Assembly (NCBI GenBank): GCA_040752415.1
Contig: JBFMGU010000093.1
Location: forward strand, 1 to 37,258
Length of the DNA stretch: 37,258 nucleotides
Source of the DNA: Myxococcota bacterium
Lineage (GTDB): Bacteria; Myxococcota; JACRCW01
Direction of reading: 5' to 3'
Part shown: in pieces, positions 20,653 to 29,431 of the stretch
Layout of the letters: every line of letters starts with the position of its first letter
Position numbering within the stretch: the stretch's first letter is position 1
The notes under the pieces: generated by a model
Databases searched by the model: none
What the model saw: the letters and a program-made list of their open reading frames with translations, nothing else
Told to the model about the DNA's origin: nothing
Position numbers and translations under genes: made by a program

Positions 20653-23600
20653 ATGAAGCGCAAGTCCATCCTGGGCAACCCCGCCCGCGGCGAGTGGAAC
20701 GACCCCCACTGGTACAAGGACGCCATCGTCTACGAGCTGCGCATCCGCTCGTACTACGACAGCAACGGCGACGGCGTGGGCGACATTGCCGGCGTCACCG
20801 AGAAGCTGGACTACCTGCAGGACCTGGGCGTGACCGCGCTGTGGCTCCTGCCGTTCTATCCCTCCCCGCTGCGCGACGACGGCTACGACATCTCCGACTA
20901 CACCGACGTGCATCCCGAGGTGGGCACGCTGGCGGACTTCCAGACGCTGCTGAAGGAGGCGCACCGCCGCGGCCTGCGCATCATCACGGAGCTGGTCCTC
21001 AACCACACCTCCGACGAGCACCCCTGGTTCAAACGCGCACGCCGCGCCCCGCCGGGCTCCTCCGAGCGGAACTTCTACGTCTGGAGCGACTCCCCCGAGC
21101 GCTACAAGGACGCACGCATCATCTTCAAGGACTTCGAGCCGTCCAACTGGGCCTTCGACCGCGTGGCGCGCGCCTACTTCTGGCACCGCTTCTACGCCCA
21201 CCAGCCGGACCTCAACTTCGAGAATCCCGACGTGCACAAGGCGCTGTTTGACGTCGTGGATTTCTGGTTTGGCATGGGTGTGGACGGCGTGCGCCTGGAC
21301 GCGGTGCCGTACCTGTATGAGGCGGAGGGCACCAACTGCGAGAACCTCCCGCAGACGCACGAGTTCATCCGCAAGCTGCGCAAGCACGTGGACAGCAAGT
21401 TCCAGAGCCGGATGTTGCTGGCGGAAGCCAACCAGTGGCCCGAGGACGCTGCCGCCTACTTCGGCAACGACGACGAGTGCCACATGAACTTCCACTTCCC
21501 GATCATGCCGCGGATGTTCATGGCCATCCACCAGGAGGACCGCTTCCCCATCATCGACATCCTGGAGCAGACGCCGCAGCTCCCGCCCTCGGGCCAGTGG
21601 GCGCTCTTCCTGCGCAACCACGACGAGCTCACGCTGGAGATGGTGACCGACGAGGAGCGCGACTACATGTACCGGGCCTACGCGCACGAGACGTCCATGC
21701 GCATCAACCTGGGCATCCGTCGCCGACTGGCGCCGCTGGTGGGCAATGACCGTCGGAAGATGGAGCTGCTCAACGGCCTGCTGCTCTCCCTGCCCGGCAC
21801 GCCGGTCCTCTACTACGGCGACGAGATTGGCATGGGCGACAACTTCTTCCTGGGCGACCGCAACGGGGTGCGCACGCCCATGCAGTGGAGCGCGGACCGC
21901 AACGCCGGGTTCTCCCGCGCCAACCCGCAGCGACTCATCCTGCCCATCATCATTGACCCGGAGTACCACTACGAGGCCATCAACGTTGAGGCGCAGCAGG
22001 GCAACTCCAACTCCCTGCTCTGGTGGACCAAGCGCCTGGTGGCCCTGCGCAAGCGCTTCAAGGCGTTCGGTCGCGGCACCATTGAGTTCCTGCATCCGGC
22101 CAATCCATCCGTGCTGGCCTTTGTGCGCCAGTACCAGGATGAGGCCATTCTCGTCGTCGCCAACCTCTCGCGCTTCGTGCAGTTCGTGGAGCTGGACCTC
22201 TCCAAGTTCAAGCAGGTGCGTCCCGTGGAGCTCATGGGCCACACGGAGTTTCCCGCCGTGGGGGACCTCCCGTACCTGCTCACGCTGGGCGGTCACGCGT
22301 TCTACTGGTTTGCGTTGGAGCGTGAGACCCCCGCGGAAGTCGACGTGCGCGCGCAGCGTTACAGCCCGCCCACGGTGGAATGCACCAGCGTGGAGAGCGT
22401 GACGTTGGGTGAGGAGCGCACGCTGCTGGAGGAGCTCCTGCCGGCGTTCCTGCAGACGCGTCGCTGGTTCCAGGGCCGGGACCGCGACGTGGCGGCGGTT
22501 CGCGTGGTGGAGGCGGCGCCGCTGGGTGGCATGGCGGTGCTGCTCATCTCCGTGGAGTACCGCACCGGTCACCCGGAGATGTACCAGCTTCCCCTCGCGG
22601 CGCTCCCGGAGTGGAAGGTGGGCATGCAGTCCGTGTTGGCGTCGTTGAAGCTGCGCGGCGCCACGTTGGAGGGAGCGCCGCACGCGCTGCTCATTGACGC
22701 GCTGGAGGACCTGGGCTCGGCGCGCAAGCTGCTGACGGAGATTGCACGTCAGACACGCGCGCGCGGGAGGTCGGGGGAGGTGGTGGCCTCGCACCCGGTG
22801 CCGGAGCTGGAGCTTCCCACCACGGAGCCGCGCATCATCGGCGCCACCCACGCGCACGCCGCCATCCAGTACGGGGACCGCTACCTGCTGAAGGTCTACC
22901 GCCTCCTCTCCGAGGGAACGAGCCCGGAGCTGGAGATCCTGCGCAAGCTGGGAGACCACGCCGCGCTGACCCCCAAGGTCATGGGCGCCATTGAATACCG
23001 ACGACAACGCACCGAACCCATGACGCTGGCGCTGTTGCAGTCCTACATCCCCAACGAGGGCACCGCGTGGCGTCAGGCCACCGACGAGCTGGGTCGTTTC
23101 TACGAGCGCGTGCTCTCGCGGGGACGTGAACAGCCGTTCCCCGCCGTGCCGGAGGGCGGACTGCTGCACCTCTCCAACGAGCCCATTCCTCCCGCGGTGG
23201 GCGAGGTGGTGGGGGCCTACACCGAGGCCGCGGCCATGCTCGGTCGACGGACGGCGGAGCTGCACCTGGCGCTCTCCGCGCCCACCGACGACCCGGCCTT
23301 CTCACCGGAGCCCTACACCGCGCTGGACCAGCGCAGCCGATACCAGTCCATGCGGAACCTCATTGGCAAGACGCTGCGACTGTTGCGCTCACGCCTGGGG
23401 ACCATTCCCACGACGGTGCAGCCGCTGGCGCAGGCGCTGGTGGAGCAGGAGGCGCGCATCCTCAAGGGGCTGGCGCCGTTCCTGTCCGAGCGGCTCAACT
23501 ACCAACGCATCCGCATCCACGGTGACCTCCACCTGGAGCAGGTCCTCTTCACCGGCCGTGACTACGTCCTCATCGACTTTGAAGGGGGCAGGGTGGGCGC

Positions 23601-23961
23601 GCCCAGTGAGCGTCGTCGGAAACGCTCCGCGCTGCGCGACGTGGCGGGCATGGTCCGCAGCTTCCACTACGCGGCCATGTCCGTGTTGCGCGACGAGGCG
23701 GTGGTTCGTCGGGAGGACCGCCTGCTGGCGCAGCCGTGGGTCAACGTGTGGCACGCGTGGGTCTCCGCCGCGTACATCCGGGGCTACCTGGGGGCCGCGG
23801 GGAGCGCGCCGTTCCTGGTTCAGGAGCCGCACCTGGTGGCCCGACTGCTGGAGTCGTTCATCCTGGACCGCGCGTTCCAGGAGCTGGCCTCCGAGCTCAC
23901 GGAGGAGTCGGACATGGTGGAGATTCCGTTGTTCGCGTTGGCGGGCCTGCTGGGCCTGTGA
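20653..23961 (+). CDS. treS: Trehalose synthase fused to a maltokinase (Pep2/Mak)-like domain
   Basis: WYKDAIVYE, DDGYDISDY, NHTSDEH, RLDAVPYL, LLAEANQWPE, FLRNHDELTLEMV; C-terminal HGDLHLEQVL, IDFEG, RDVAGM. Confidence 0.96.
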   Translation: MKRKSILGNPARGEWNDPHWYKDAIVYELRIRSYYDSNGDGVGDIAGVTEKLDYLQDLGVTALWLLPFYPSPLRDDGYDISDYTDVHPEVGTLADFQTLLKEAHRRGLRIITELVLNHTSDEHPWFKRARRAPPGSSERNFYVWSDSPERYKDARIIFKDFEPSNWAFDRVARAYFWHRFYAHQPDLNFENPDVHKALFDVVDFWFGMGVDGVRLDAVPYLYEAEGTNCENLPQTHEFIRKLRKHVDSKFQSRMLLAEANQWPEDAAAYFGNDDECHMNFHFPIMPRMFMAIHQEDRFPIIDILEQTPQLPPSGQWALFLRNHDELTLEMVTDEERDYMYRAYAHETSMRINLGIRRRLAPLVGNDRRKMELLNGLLLSLPGTPVLYYGDEIGMGDNFFLGDRNGVRTPMQWSADRNAGFSRANPQRLILPIIIDPEYHYEAINVEAQQGNSNSLLWWTKRLVALRKRFKAFGRGTIEFLHPANPSVLAFVRQYQDEAILVVANLSRFVQFVELDLSKFKQVRPVELMGHTEFPAVGDLPYLLTLGGHAFYWFALERETPAEVDVRAQRYSPPTVECTSVESVTLGEERTLLEELLPAFLQTRRWFQGRDRDVAAVRVVEAAPLGGMAVLLISVEYRTGHPEMYQLPLAALPEWKVGMQSVLASLKLRGATLEGAPHALLIDALEDLGSARKLLTEIARQTRARGRSGEVVASHPVPELELPTTEPRIIGATHAHAAIQYGDRYLLKVYRLLSEGTSPELEILRKLGDHAALTPKVMGAIEYRRQRTEPMTLALLQSYIPNEGTAWRQATDELGRFYERVLSRGREQPFPAVPEGGLLHLSNEPIPPAVGEVVGAYTEAAAMLGRRTAELHLALSAPTDDPAFSPEPYTALDQRSRYQSMRNLIGKTLRLLRSRLGTIPTTVQPLAQALVEQEARILKGLAPFLSERLNYQRIRIHGDLHLEQVLFTGRDYVLIDFEGGRVGAPSERRRKRSALRDVAGMVRSFHYAAMSVLRDEAVVRREDRLLAQPWVNVWHAWVSAAYIRGYLGAAGSAPFLVQEPHLVARLLESFILDRAFQELASELTEESDMVEIPLFALAGLLGL

Positions 23962-23967
23962 CGACCC

Positions 23968-24312
23968 ATGGATTTCTACCGCGTCACCGACACGGTCCGT
24001 GGCATTCCGCGCAGCCCCGCCCGGCATCCCGGGGAAATGGCCCTGGTGGCCAGCATGAGCATCCTGGAGTTCGAGGAGATGCGCGCCCTGTGGCGCCTGC
24101 TCAACGCGCAGGACCTGGCAGCGGACTACTTCCGTGACTTCCGGTGGTCGCGCGCGCAGGTGAAGCAGATCCTCCGTGTCTTCCGTCGCGCGTACGAGGA
24201 GCGGGAGACGGGCGGCGTCCAGAAGATGCGCAGGGTGCTGGAGACCGCGGCGCAGGCGGACTGTGGCGTGATCGCGTACTCGGACGTGCGCACCGCGCCC
24301 CGCGTGGACTGA
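23968..24312 (+). CDS. Hypothetical protein, 114 aa
   Basis: Starts 6 bp after the treS stop; strong GC3 bias; no motif recognised. Confidence 0.7.
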   Translation: MDFYRVTDTVRGIPRSPARHPGEMALVASMSILEFEEMRALWRLLNAQDLAADYFRDFRWSRAQVKQILRVFRRAYEERETGGVQKMRRVLETAAQADCGVIAYSDVRTAPRVD

Positions 24313-24343
24313 CTTCTGACTTCCTTGGATGTGCCCGGTACCG

Positions 24344-25066
24344 TCAGTTGCAGATGGCGCTGGCGTACGTGGAGTGCCCCGCGACAAGACGGATCTTCAC
24401 CTTTCCGTCGCCGGAACCCTTCCACGCAAAGTGGGGCGTGCAGGTCTTGCCCGGCGCGGTGAAGGTCAGCTCGTAGTCCCCCGGCTCCAGGTTCAGGAAC
24501 GCGCCAATGCCCTTCGCGGTGGTGGCGGTGAGGTCGCCGTCCAGGCCGTTGTCCGTCTGGTAGAACGGCCCGTGTCCGTCTTCCACCGACGGAGAAATCG
24601 ACACGCTCACGCCCTCCACGCGCTCCCCGCCCTTCCGGTCGTTCGTGCCGAAGATGATCTGCGACTTGTTGTCGTCGATGGAGACGCCCACCGTGCCGGT
24701 CATCAACGTCATGCCGTCGTTGGAGACGAGACCGTAGTGGAAATTCTCATTCTCGGTGGTGGTGGTGAACATGGCCAGGTGCTCGTAGTAGCCGAACTTG
24801 AAGAACTTCAGCATGATCTCCGAGCTCTGCGGCACGTTGATGAGGCTGAAGTTCGCGGCCAGGTCGCTCTTGGTACACGGGATGTCGTCGCGCTCGTGGA
24901 CGCAGATTTCCACGTCGGGCAGGGGCGCGTCGGTGATGCCGTCCTCGGTCACACCGCTGATGGTGATGGTGCCTTCCTTCTGCTCCTGCGGAGGTCCGGG
25001 CGGAGAGCAATTGACGAGAAGCAGGGCAACAAGCGGGGCGGATAGCGGACGTGGCAGGGCGGTCAT
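24344..25066 (-). CDS. Lipoprotein with carboxypeptidase-regulatory-like beta-sandwich repeats, 240 aa
   Basis: LLLVNC lipobox-like; TISGVTEDGITDAPLPDVEI and FLNLEPGDYELT patterns; GGAGG RBS before ATG 25066. Confidence 0.75.
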   Translation of the reverse strand: MTALPRPLSAPLVALLLVNCSPPGPPQEQKEGTITISGVTEDGITDAPLPDVEICVHERDDIPCTKSDLAANFSLINVPQSSEIMLKFFKFGYYEHLAMFTTTTENENFHYGLVSNDGMTLMTGTVGVSIDDNKSQIIFGTNDRKGGERVEGVSVSISPSVEDGHGPFYQTDNGLDGDLTATTAKGIGAFLNLEPGDYELTFTAPGKTCTPHFAWKGSGDGKVKIRLVAGHSTYASAICN

Positions 25067-25173
25067 GGCGGCCTCCGGGAAGGACAATGTGGGAAACGGG
25101 CCGCGTTTAGTCGCCCCGGTGGCAGAGGGCAAATGCCGCGTCCGGGCGCGCCGCTGTGCTAGAAACACCGGCC

Positions 25174-26799
25174 ATGTTGCTGGGGAGTGGAGCCTGGCTG
25201 GACGTGGTGGATGAGGGGGGCGCGCGTCGTGCCATCCCGTTGGGGGACGCCGTGCAGACCCTCGGCCGCGCGCGCGACAACACCGTCACCTTCCCGCGCA
25301 GTGAAGGCGTCTCCCGCTACCACGCCGAGATCCTGTTCAATGACGGCGAGTATCTCCTCGTCGACAAGGGCTCCAGCGGCGGCACCTTCGTCAATGACCA
25401 GCAGGTGCACGAGCACATCCTGTCCGAGGGGGACACCATCCAGCTGGGCCGCGCGCCCGCGCCCATCCTGACCTTCCGCGGTGAGGCCACCCGCGTGCAG
25501 ACCGCCATCTCCACCGACGCGGCGGATGACCCCATGACGGTCATGCGCGCCGAGGACACACGCTTCCTCAACCCCGCGCTGCTCGCGCAGGTGACCAAGC
25601 AGGGTGCGGAGGCGGACCGCGCGCTGGCCGGACGGATGCAGGCGCTCTACCAGATCACCAGCGCGCTGCTCTCGGTCTCGTCGACGGACGAGCTGTGCAC
25701 GCGCCTCCTGGACCTCATCTTCGAGGCCATGCCGGGAGACCGCGGCGCCATCCTGTTGCGTCGGGCCAAGAATGGTGACGTCACGCAGCGGGCCAGCAAG
25801 TGTCGCACGGCGTCCGACGGGGCGAGCTTTGTTCCCTCCCGCACGGTGACGGGCCGCGTGCTCGGCGAGAACGTGGCGGTGCTCAGCATGGACGCCGCCC
25901 TGGATGACCGTTTCTCCGACGGGAAATCCCTGATGATGCAAGCGGTACGCAGTGTGATTTGTGCCCCGCTCTCGTCGCAGAACAACGTGTGGGGCGTCTG
26001 CTACCTGGACTGCACCATGGCCCGGAAGGGCTTTGAGCATGACGACCTGGAGTTCCTGCTCGCGGTCTGTCGCCAGGCGGGGATGGCCTTGGAGAACCTC
26101 CATCTCCTCGAGGAGCAGCGCAAGACGTTCGAGTCCATGATTCGCACGCTGGCCTTCTCCATTGACGCCCGCGACGAGATCACCGCCGGCCACTCCAGCC
26201 GCGTGGCCAAGTATTCGCAGGCCATTGCGCGCTACATGGGTCTGCCGCCGGAGGAGTGTCGACTCATCTGGTACGCGGGACTGCTGCATGACTACGGCAA
26301 GATCGGCACGCGCGAGGCCATCCTGTGCAAGCCCGGCAAGCTGACCGACGAGGAGTACGAGCACATCAAGGAGCACCCCGGTCACACCTACAAGATCCTC
26401 TCCAAGATCAATTTCTCCGACGACATGGCGGACCTCCCGCGCATCGCCGCCTCGCACCACGAGCGTCCCGACGGGAAGGGCTATCCCTTTGGCTGGAAGG
26501 GCGACGAGATTCCGCTGGGCGGGCGCATCATTGCCGTGGCGGACTTCTTTGATGCGCTCACCGTGAAGCGCCACTACCGCGAGCCCATGCCGCTCAAGGA
26601 GGTGGTGGGCCTGATGGAGCAGGGGCGCGACACGCAGTTCGACGGTCGCGTGCTGGACGCGTTCCTGGAGTATTTCCGCAAGGAGTACGTGCCGCTGCAG
26701 AAGCGCAGGTCGGAGAAGAAGTCCGCGCAGTTCTCCGACGGAGACGAGACTGCGACGGGCCCCGCTTCGGCCAAACCGCGCGCCCGCTCTCCGGCGTGA
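25174..26799 (+). CDS. FHA-GAF-HD-GYP cyclic dinucleotide phosphodiesterase
   Basis: FHA (LGR, VSRYHA, SSGGTFVN), GAF (RSVICAPL, GVCYLD, DLEFL), HD-GYP (GHSSRV, LHDYGK, HHERPDGKGYP, VADFFDAL). Confidence 0.95.
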   Translation: MLLGSGAWLDVVDEGGARRAIPLGDAVQTLGRARDNTVTFPRSEGVSRYHAEILFNDGEYLLVDKGSSGGTFVNDQQVHEHILSEGDTIQLGRAPAPILTFRGEATRVQTAISTDAADDPMTVMRAEDTRFLNPALLAQVTKQGAEADRALAGRMQALYQITSALLSVSSTDELCTRLLDLIFEAMPGDRGAILLRRAKNGDVTQRASKCRTASDGASFVPSRTVTGRVLGENVAVLSMDAALDDRFSDGKSLMMQAVRSVICAPLSSQNNVWGVCYLDCTMARKGFEHDDLEFLLAVCRQAGMALENLHLLEEQRKTFESMIRTLAFSIDARDEITAGHSSRVAKYSQAIARYMGLPPEECRLIWYAGLLHDYGKIGTREAILCKPGKLTDEEYEHIKEHPGHTYKILSKINFSDDMADLPRIAASHHERPDGKGYPFGWKGDEIPLGGRIIAVADFFDALTVKRHYREPMPLKEVVGLMEQGRDTQFDGRVLDAFLEYFRKEYVPLQKRRSEKKSAQFSDGDETATGPASAKPRARSPA

Positions 26800-26803
26800 G
26801 ACT

Positions 26804-28147
26804 TCATTCCATCACGGCAATGGGCACCACAATCTGCTCGCTGCCGCTGCCCAGCTCCACCTGACCCAGGTCTTCCACCTGGCCCGGTCCGGTGATCTGC
26901 AGGCTCACCACATTGGGCCCGCCGTTGGGGTCGATGGAGGGCACCAGCACCCGACCGTTCAGCGCGCCACGACGGACAATGGCCATCTGCTCCGCCAGCC
27001 CCACGCCGGTCACCGTCTGGGAAACGGCCCAGCCCGTGCCGGGATTGGACAGCGCCACCACCTTGCCGGGCTGCAGCAGGGACACCAGCGCGGTCTGTCC
27101 GTCGGCGGAGAAGAGGGCCTCCCGCGCGTCCGGCAGGTTCGTCAGGCGCACCGACTCCGTGAGTGTTTCGCCACTCGCGGTCAACACGGAGACCTGTCCA
27201 CCTTCAGAAGAGAATGCGGACCCGTTGGGGATGACCAGCGTGCTCCCGTCGGGGGAGAGGGCGAGGCGCAGCGTGTCGATGAAGTCGGTGAACACGTCAA
27301 AGGCCGCCACCTGCTCCCAGCCCGTCTCCTTGCGACGCAGCAGGCGCACGTCGTTGTCGTCCACCGGCTCGAACACGGCCTGGCCGCCCAGCACGTAGCC
27401 ACGCGTCCCGTCGGCGGTGAGCGCGAGCGAGTCCGTGAGACGGAGGTTGAAGAACGCGTCCTCGTGCACGGTGAGCTGACCCTCGCAGCCCACAGTCACC
27501 GTGGAGATGCCGCTGGTCTCCGCCACGTTGCTGCCCACCGCGTAGAACGTGGCCCCATCCGGCGCGACGACGAGGTCCCCGTACCCGGCCGAGGGCAACG
27601 TCACCCGGTCCATCACCGTCAGCTCCTGCGCGCTCTTCACTTCCACGGAGACCAGCGTCCCATCCTCGCCCAGCACCAGGGCCACCGCACCGCTGGGCAC
27701 GAACGTGATGCGCGCTGGCCGCGTCCCCACGTCGACACGCACGCCGTCGATGGTCAGCGTGCCGGCCGCGGTCAAGGTCATGCCGCTGATTTCCGTTCCG
27801 TCGACGCCGGGCTCCTCCGTGAACGGATGCCCAAGCAGCACCACGCGGTCACGGTCGGGATCACCGCGGTTGGCGAAGTTGCAGGCGCCTCCGTCGGGAA
27901 AGAGCTCGCCGGTCCCGGCGTCGTCGGAGGTCTCGCTGCCGGCGTCAGAAACGTTGTTGCCTCCGTCGGTACCGGTGGGACCGCCGTCGGTACCGGTGGA
28001 GCCTCCGTCGGCGCGCTGCAACCCGCCGCCATCCCGACCGCTGCCCGTCCCCCCGGTGCCCGCGTCCTCGTCGGAGGCCGTGGGTTGGGAGGTGCACGCG
28101 AGGGCCAGGAGCAGGGGGGAGACGGTCGCAAGTCGCAGGGAGCGCAT
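26804..28147 (-). CDS. Lipoprotein with Gly/Asp-rich linker and probable beta-propeller
   Basis: LALAC lipobox; DGG repeats; blade-like repeats (FVPSG, VAPDG, LTADG, LSPDG, FSADG); start 28147 or 28156. Confidence 0.8.
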   Translation of the reverse strand: MRSLRLATVSPLLLALACTSQPTASDEDAGTGGTGSGRDGGGLQRADGGSTGTDGGPTGTDGGNNVSDAGSETSDDAGTGELFPDGGACNFANRGDPDRDRVVLLGHPFTEEPGVDGTEISGMTLTAAGTLTIDGVRVDVGTRPARITFVPSGAVALVLGEDGTLVSVEVKSAQELTVMDRVTLPSAGYGDLVVAPDGATFYAVGSNVAETSGISTVTVGCEGQLTVHEDAFFNLRLTDSLALTADGTRGYVLGGQAVFEPVDDNDVRLLRRKETGWEQVAAFDVFTDFIDTLRLALSPDGSTLVIPNGSAFSSEGGQVSVLTASGETLTESVRLTNLPDAREALFSADGQTALVSLLQPGKVVALSNPGTGWAVSQTVTGVGLAEQMAIVRRGALNGRVLVPSIDPNGGPNVVSLQITGPGQVEDLGQVELGSGSEQIVVPIAVME

Positions 28148-28262
28148 GGCGCGCATCCTTGCCAACCGTCTCGCGGAATCGCAACCGTCACACCCAGCGA
28201 GGGGGCAGGCTGCCTCGTGAGACGGAGTCACCGTGACGGCGGTTCCATGCAGATTGACCGGG

Positions 28263-28425
28263 GAAGTGATGGCCCTTGGCCGCGGAAACGCAGACAAGAA
28301 TGGCTGCGCCACGAGGATTGGGCCGTCGATATCGTGACCCCCCGGGCATGGTTGTCGAAGCGGTCTCAATGGACCGTGGCGCAGCCATTCTTGTCTGCGT
28401 ATCCGCGGCCCAGGGCCATCACTTC
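28263..28425. repeat. REP doublet (REPIN-like): 51-bp inverted arms, 61-bp spacer
   Basis: 28263-28313 vs reverse complement of 28375-28425: 2 mismatches; each arm holds GTGG-CGCAGCCATTCTTGTCTGCG (tetranucleotide plus imperfect palindrome). Confidence 0.88.
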
Positions 28426-28630
28426 GCAGGTGTCAGGGGCTGCGTCAGAACAAGTTGGCCAATTCGGTCCGATGCCCTCGAACACCTAACCCCCACGTTC
28501 ATGCCGTTCTGCACGCTCGCCCCCCTTCCCCAGTACCGATTTTCCGTCGTCACCGAGCCCCAACCCACCGGGAACTGCTGCGGCCCTCGTCGATGACGTC
28601 GGAGACGGGTCCGCAACGCCGCATCCACGA

Positions 28631-29383
28631 TCAACCGGTCAGGGCTTCCACCACCGCGCCGATCTTGGCGAAGGGCGTGGCGGGGATGAGCAGGAGCACC
28701 ACGGCAATGGCGCCGAGGACGCCGGCAACCCCGAGGCTGATGAACCGGGCGTTCTGCCATTGCTGGTCGCTGATGGCGGTGGGCAAGCGGTCACCGAACG
28801 GGATTTCCCGGGGCGTGCTGGTCCACAGGAGGGCCGAGACCAGGAACGCGCCCACCGCAGCCGCCACCACGAAGCCCACCCACGGCGGCTCCGAGATGAG
28901 CGCCGTGCCAAGCTCCTTGAGCGCCCGTCCCGTGGCCGCGCCTTTGCCCTCGGCGGCAGGCTCCGGCACGACGGGAGCGGGTGGCGCGGCCGGCGCCAGC
29001 ACATGCACCACCACGGTTCCCTCCGTCACGCGGACGGCCTGGGGCAGGGCGGCGCCAACCTGGACCTGGTGCTCACCCGGCGCCACGCCCGCCTGGCGCA
29101 GGGGCGTGACCCCCACCGGCACGCCGTCGAGGGTGACGGGCAGTCCGGGAGGATCCGACGTCACCTCCAGCACCCCGCCTGGGGCCGCCGCGGGCGGCGT
29201 GGGGGCCGCGGGCGGCGTGGGGGCCGCGGGTGGCGTCTCCACGACGGGAGCCGGTGTTTCAGGGGCCGCTCCGGCGCCGGTGGCTGGGGCGGCGGGGGCG
29301 TCGGACTGGCGCGCCGCGCCGGCAGTGCCGGACAACAGCAAGCATCCCACGGTGAGGAGCCAGGTTGGCGCGGAGTACGGCAT
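28631..29383 (-). CDS. PEGA domain membrane protein
   Basis: Signal peptide, TPPAAP x3 linker, GVLEVTSDPPGLPVTLDGVPVGVTPL (PEGA), two C-terminal TM segments. Confidence 0.88.
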   Translation of the reverse strand: MPYSAPTWLLTVGCLLLSGTAGAARQSDAPAAPATGAGAAPETPAPVVETPPAAPTPPAAPTPPAAAPGGVLEVTSDPPGLPVTLDGVPVGVTPLRQAGVAPGEHQVQVGAALPQAVRVTEGTVVVHVLAPAAPPAPVVPEPAAEGKGAATGRALKELGTALISEPPWVGFVVAAAVGAFLVSALLWTSTPREIPFGDRLPTAISDQQWQNARFISLGVAGVLGAIAVVLLLIPATPFAKIGAVVEALTG

Positions 29384-29431
29384 GGGTGACCTTCCTTCTG
29401 GGGGCCAGGCGCCCCCGCCAGGACCTTCGAG

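Noticed and set aside
19483..23265. 1260-aa minus-strand ORF (likewise 5913-8183, 4222-6003, 35339-37249, 2285-3796)
   Set aside because: Antisense to well-supported genes, with no motifs; stop-poor reverse frames are expected at this codon bias
29185..29237. 18-bp tandem repeat x3 (and the 21-bp repeat near 27960-28010)
   Set aside because: In-frame coding linkers (TPPAAP, DGGxTGT); ordinary low complexity
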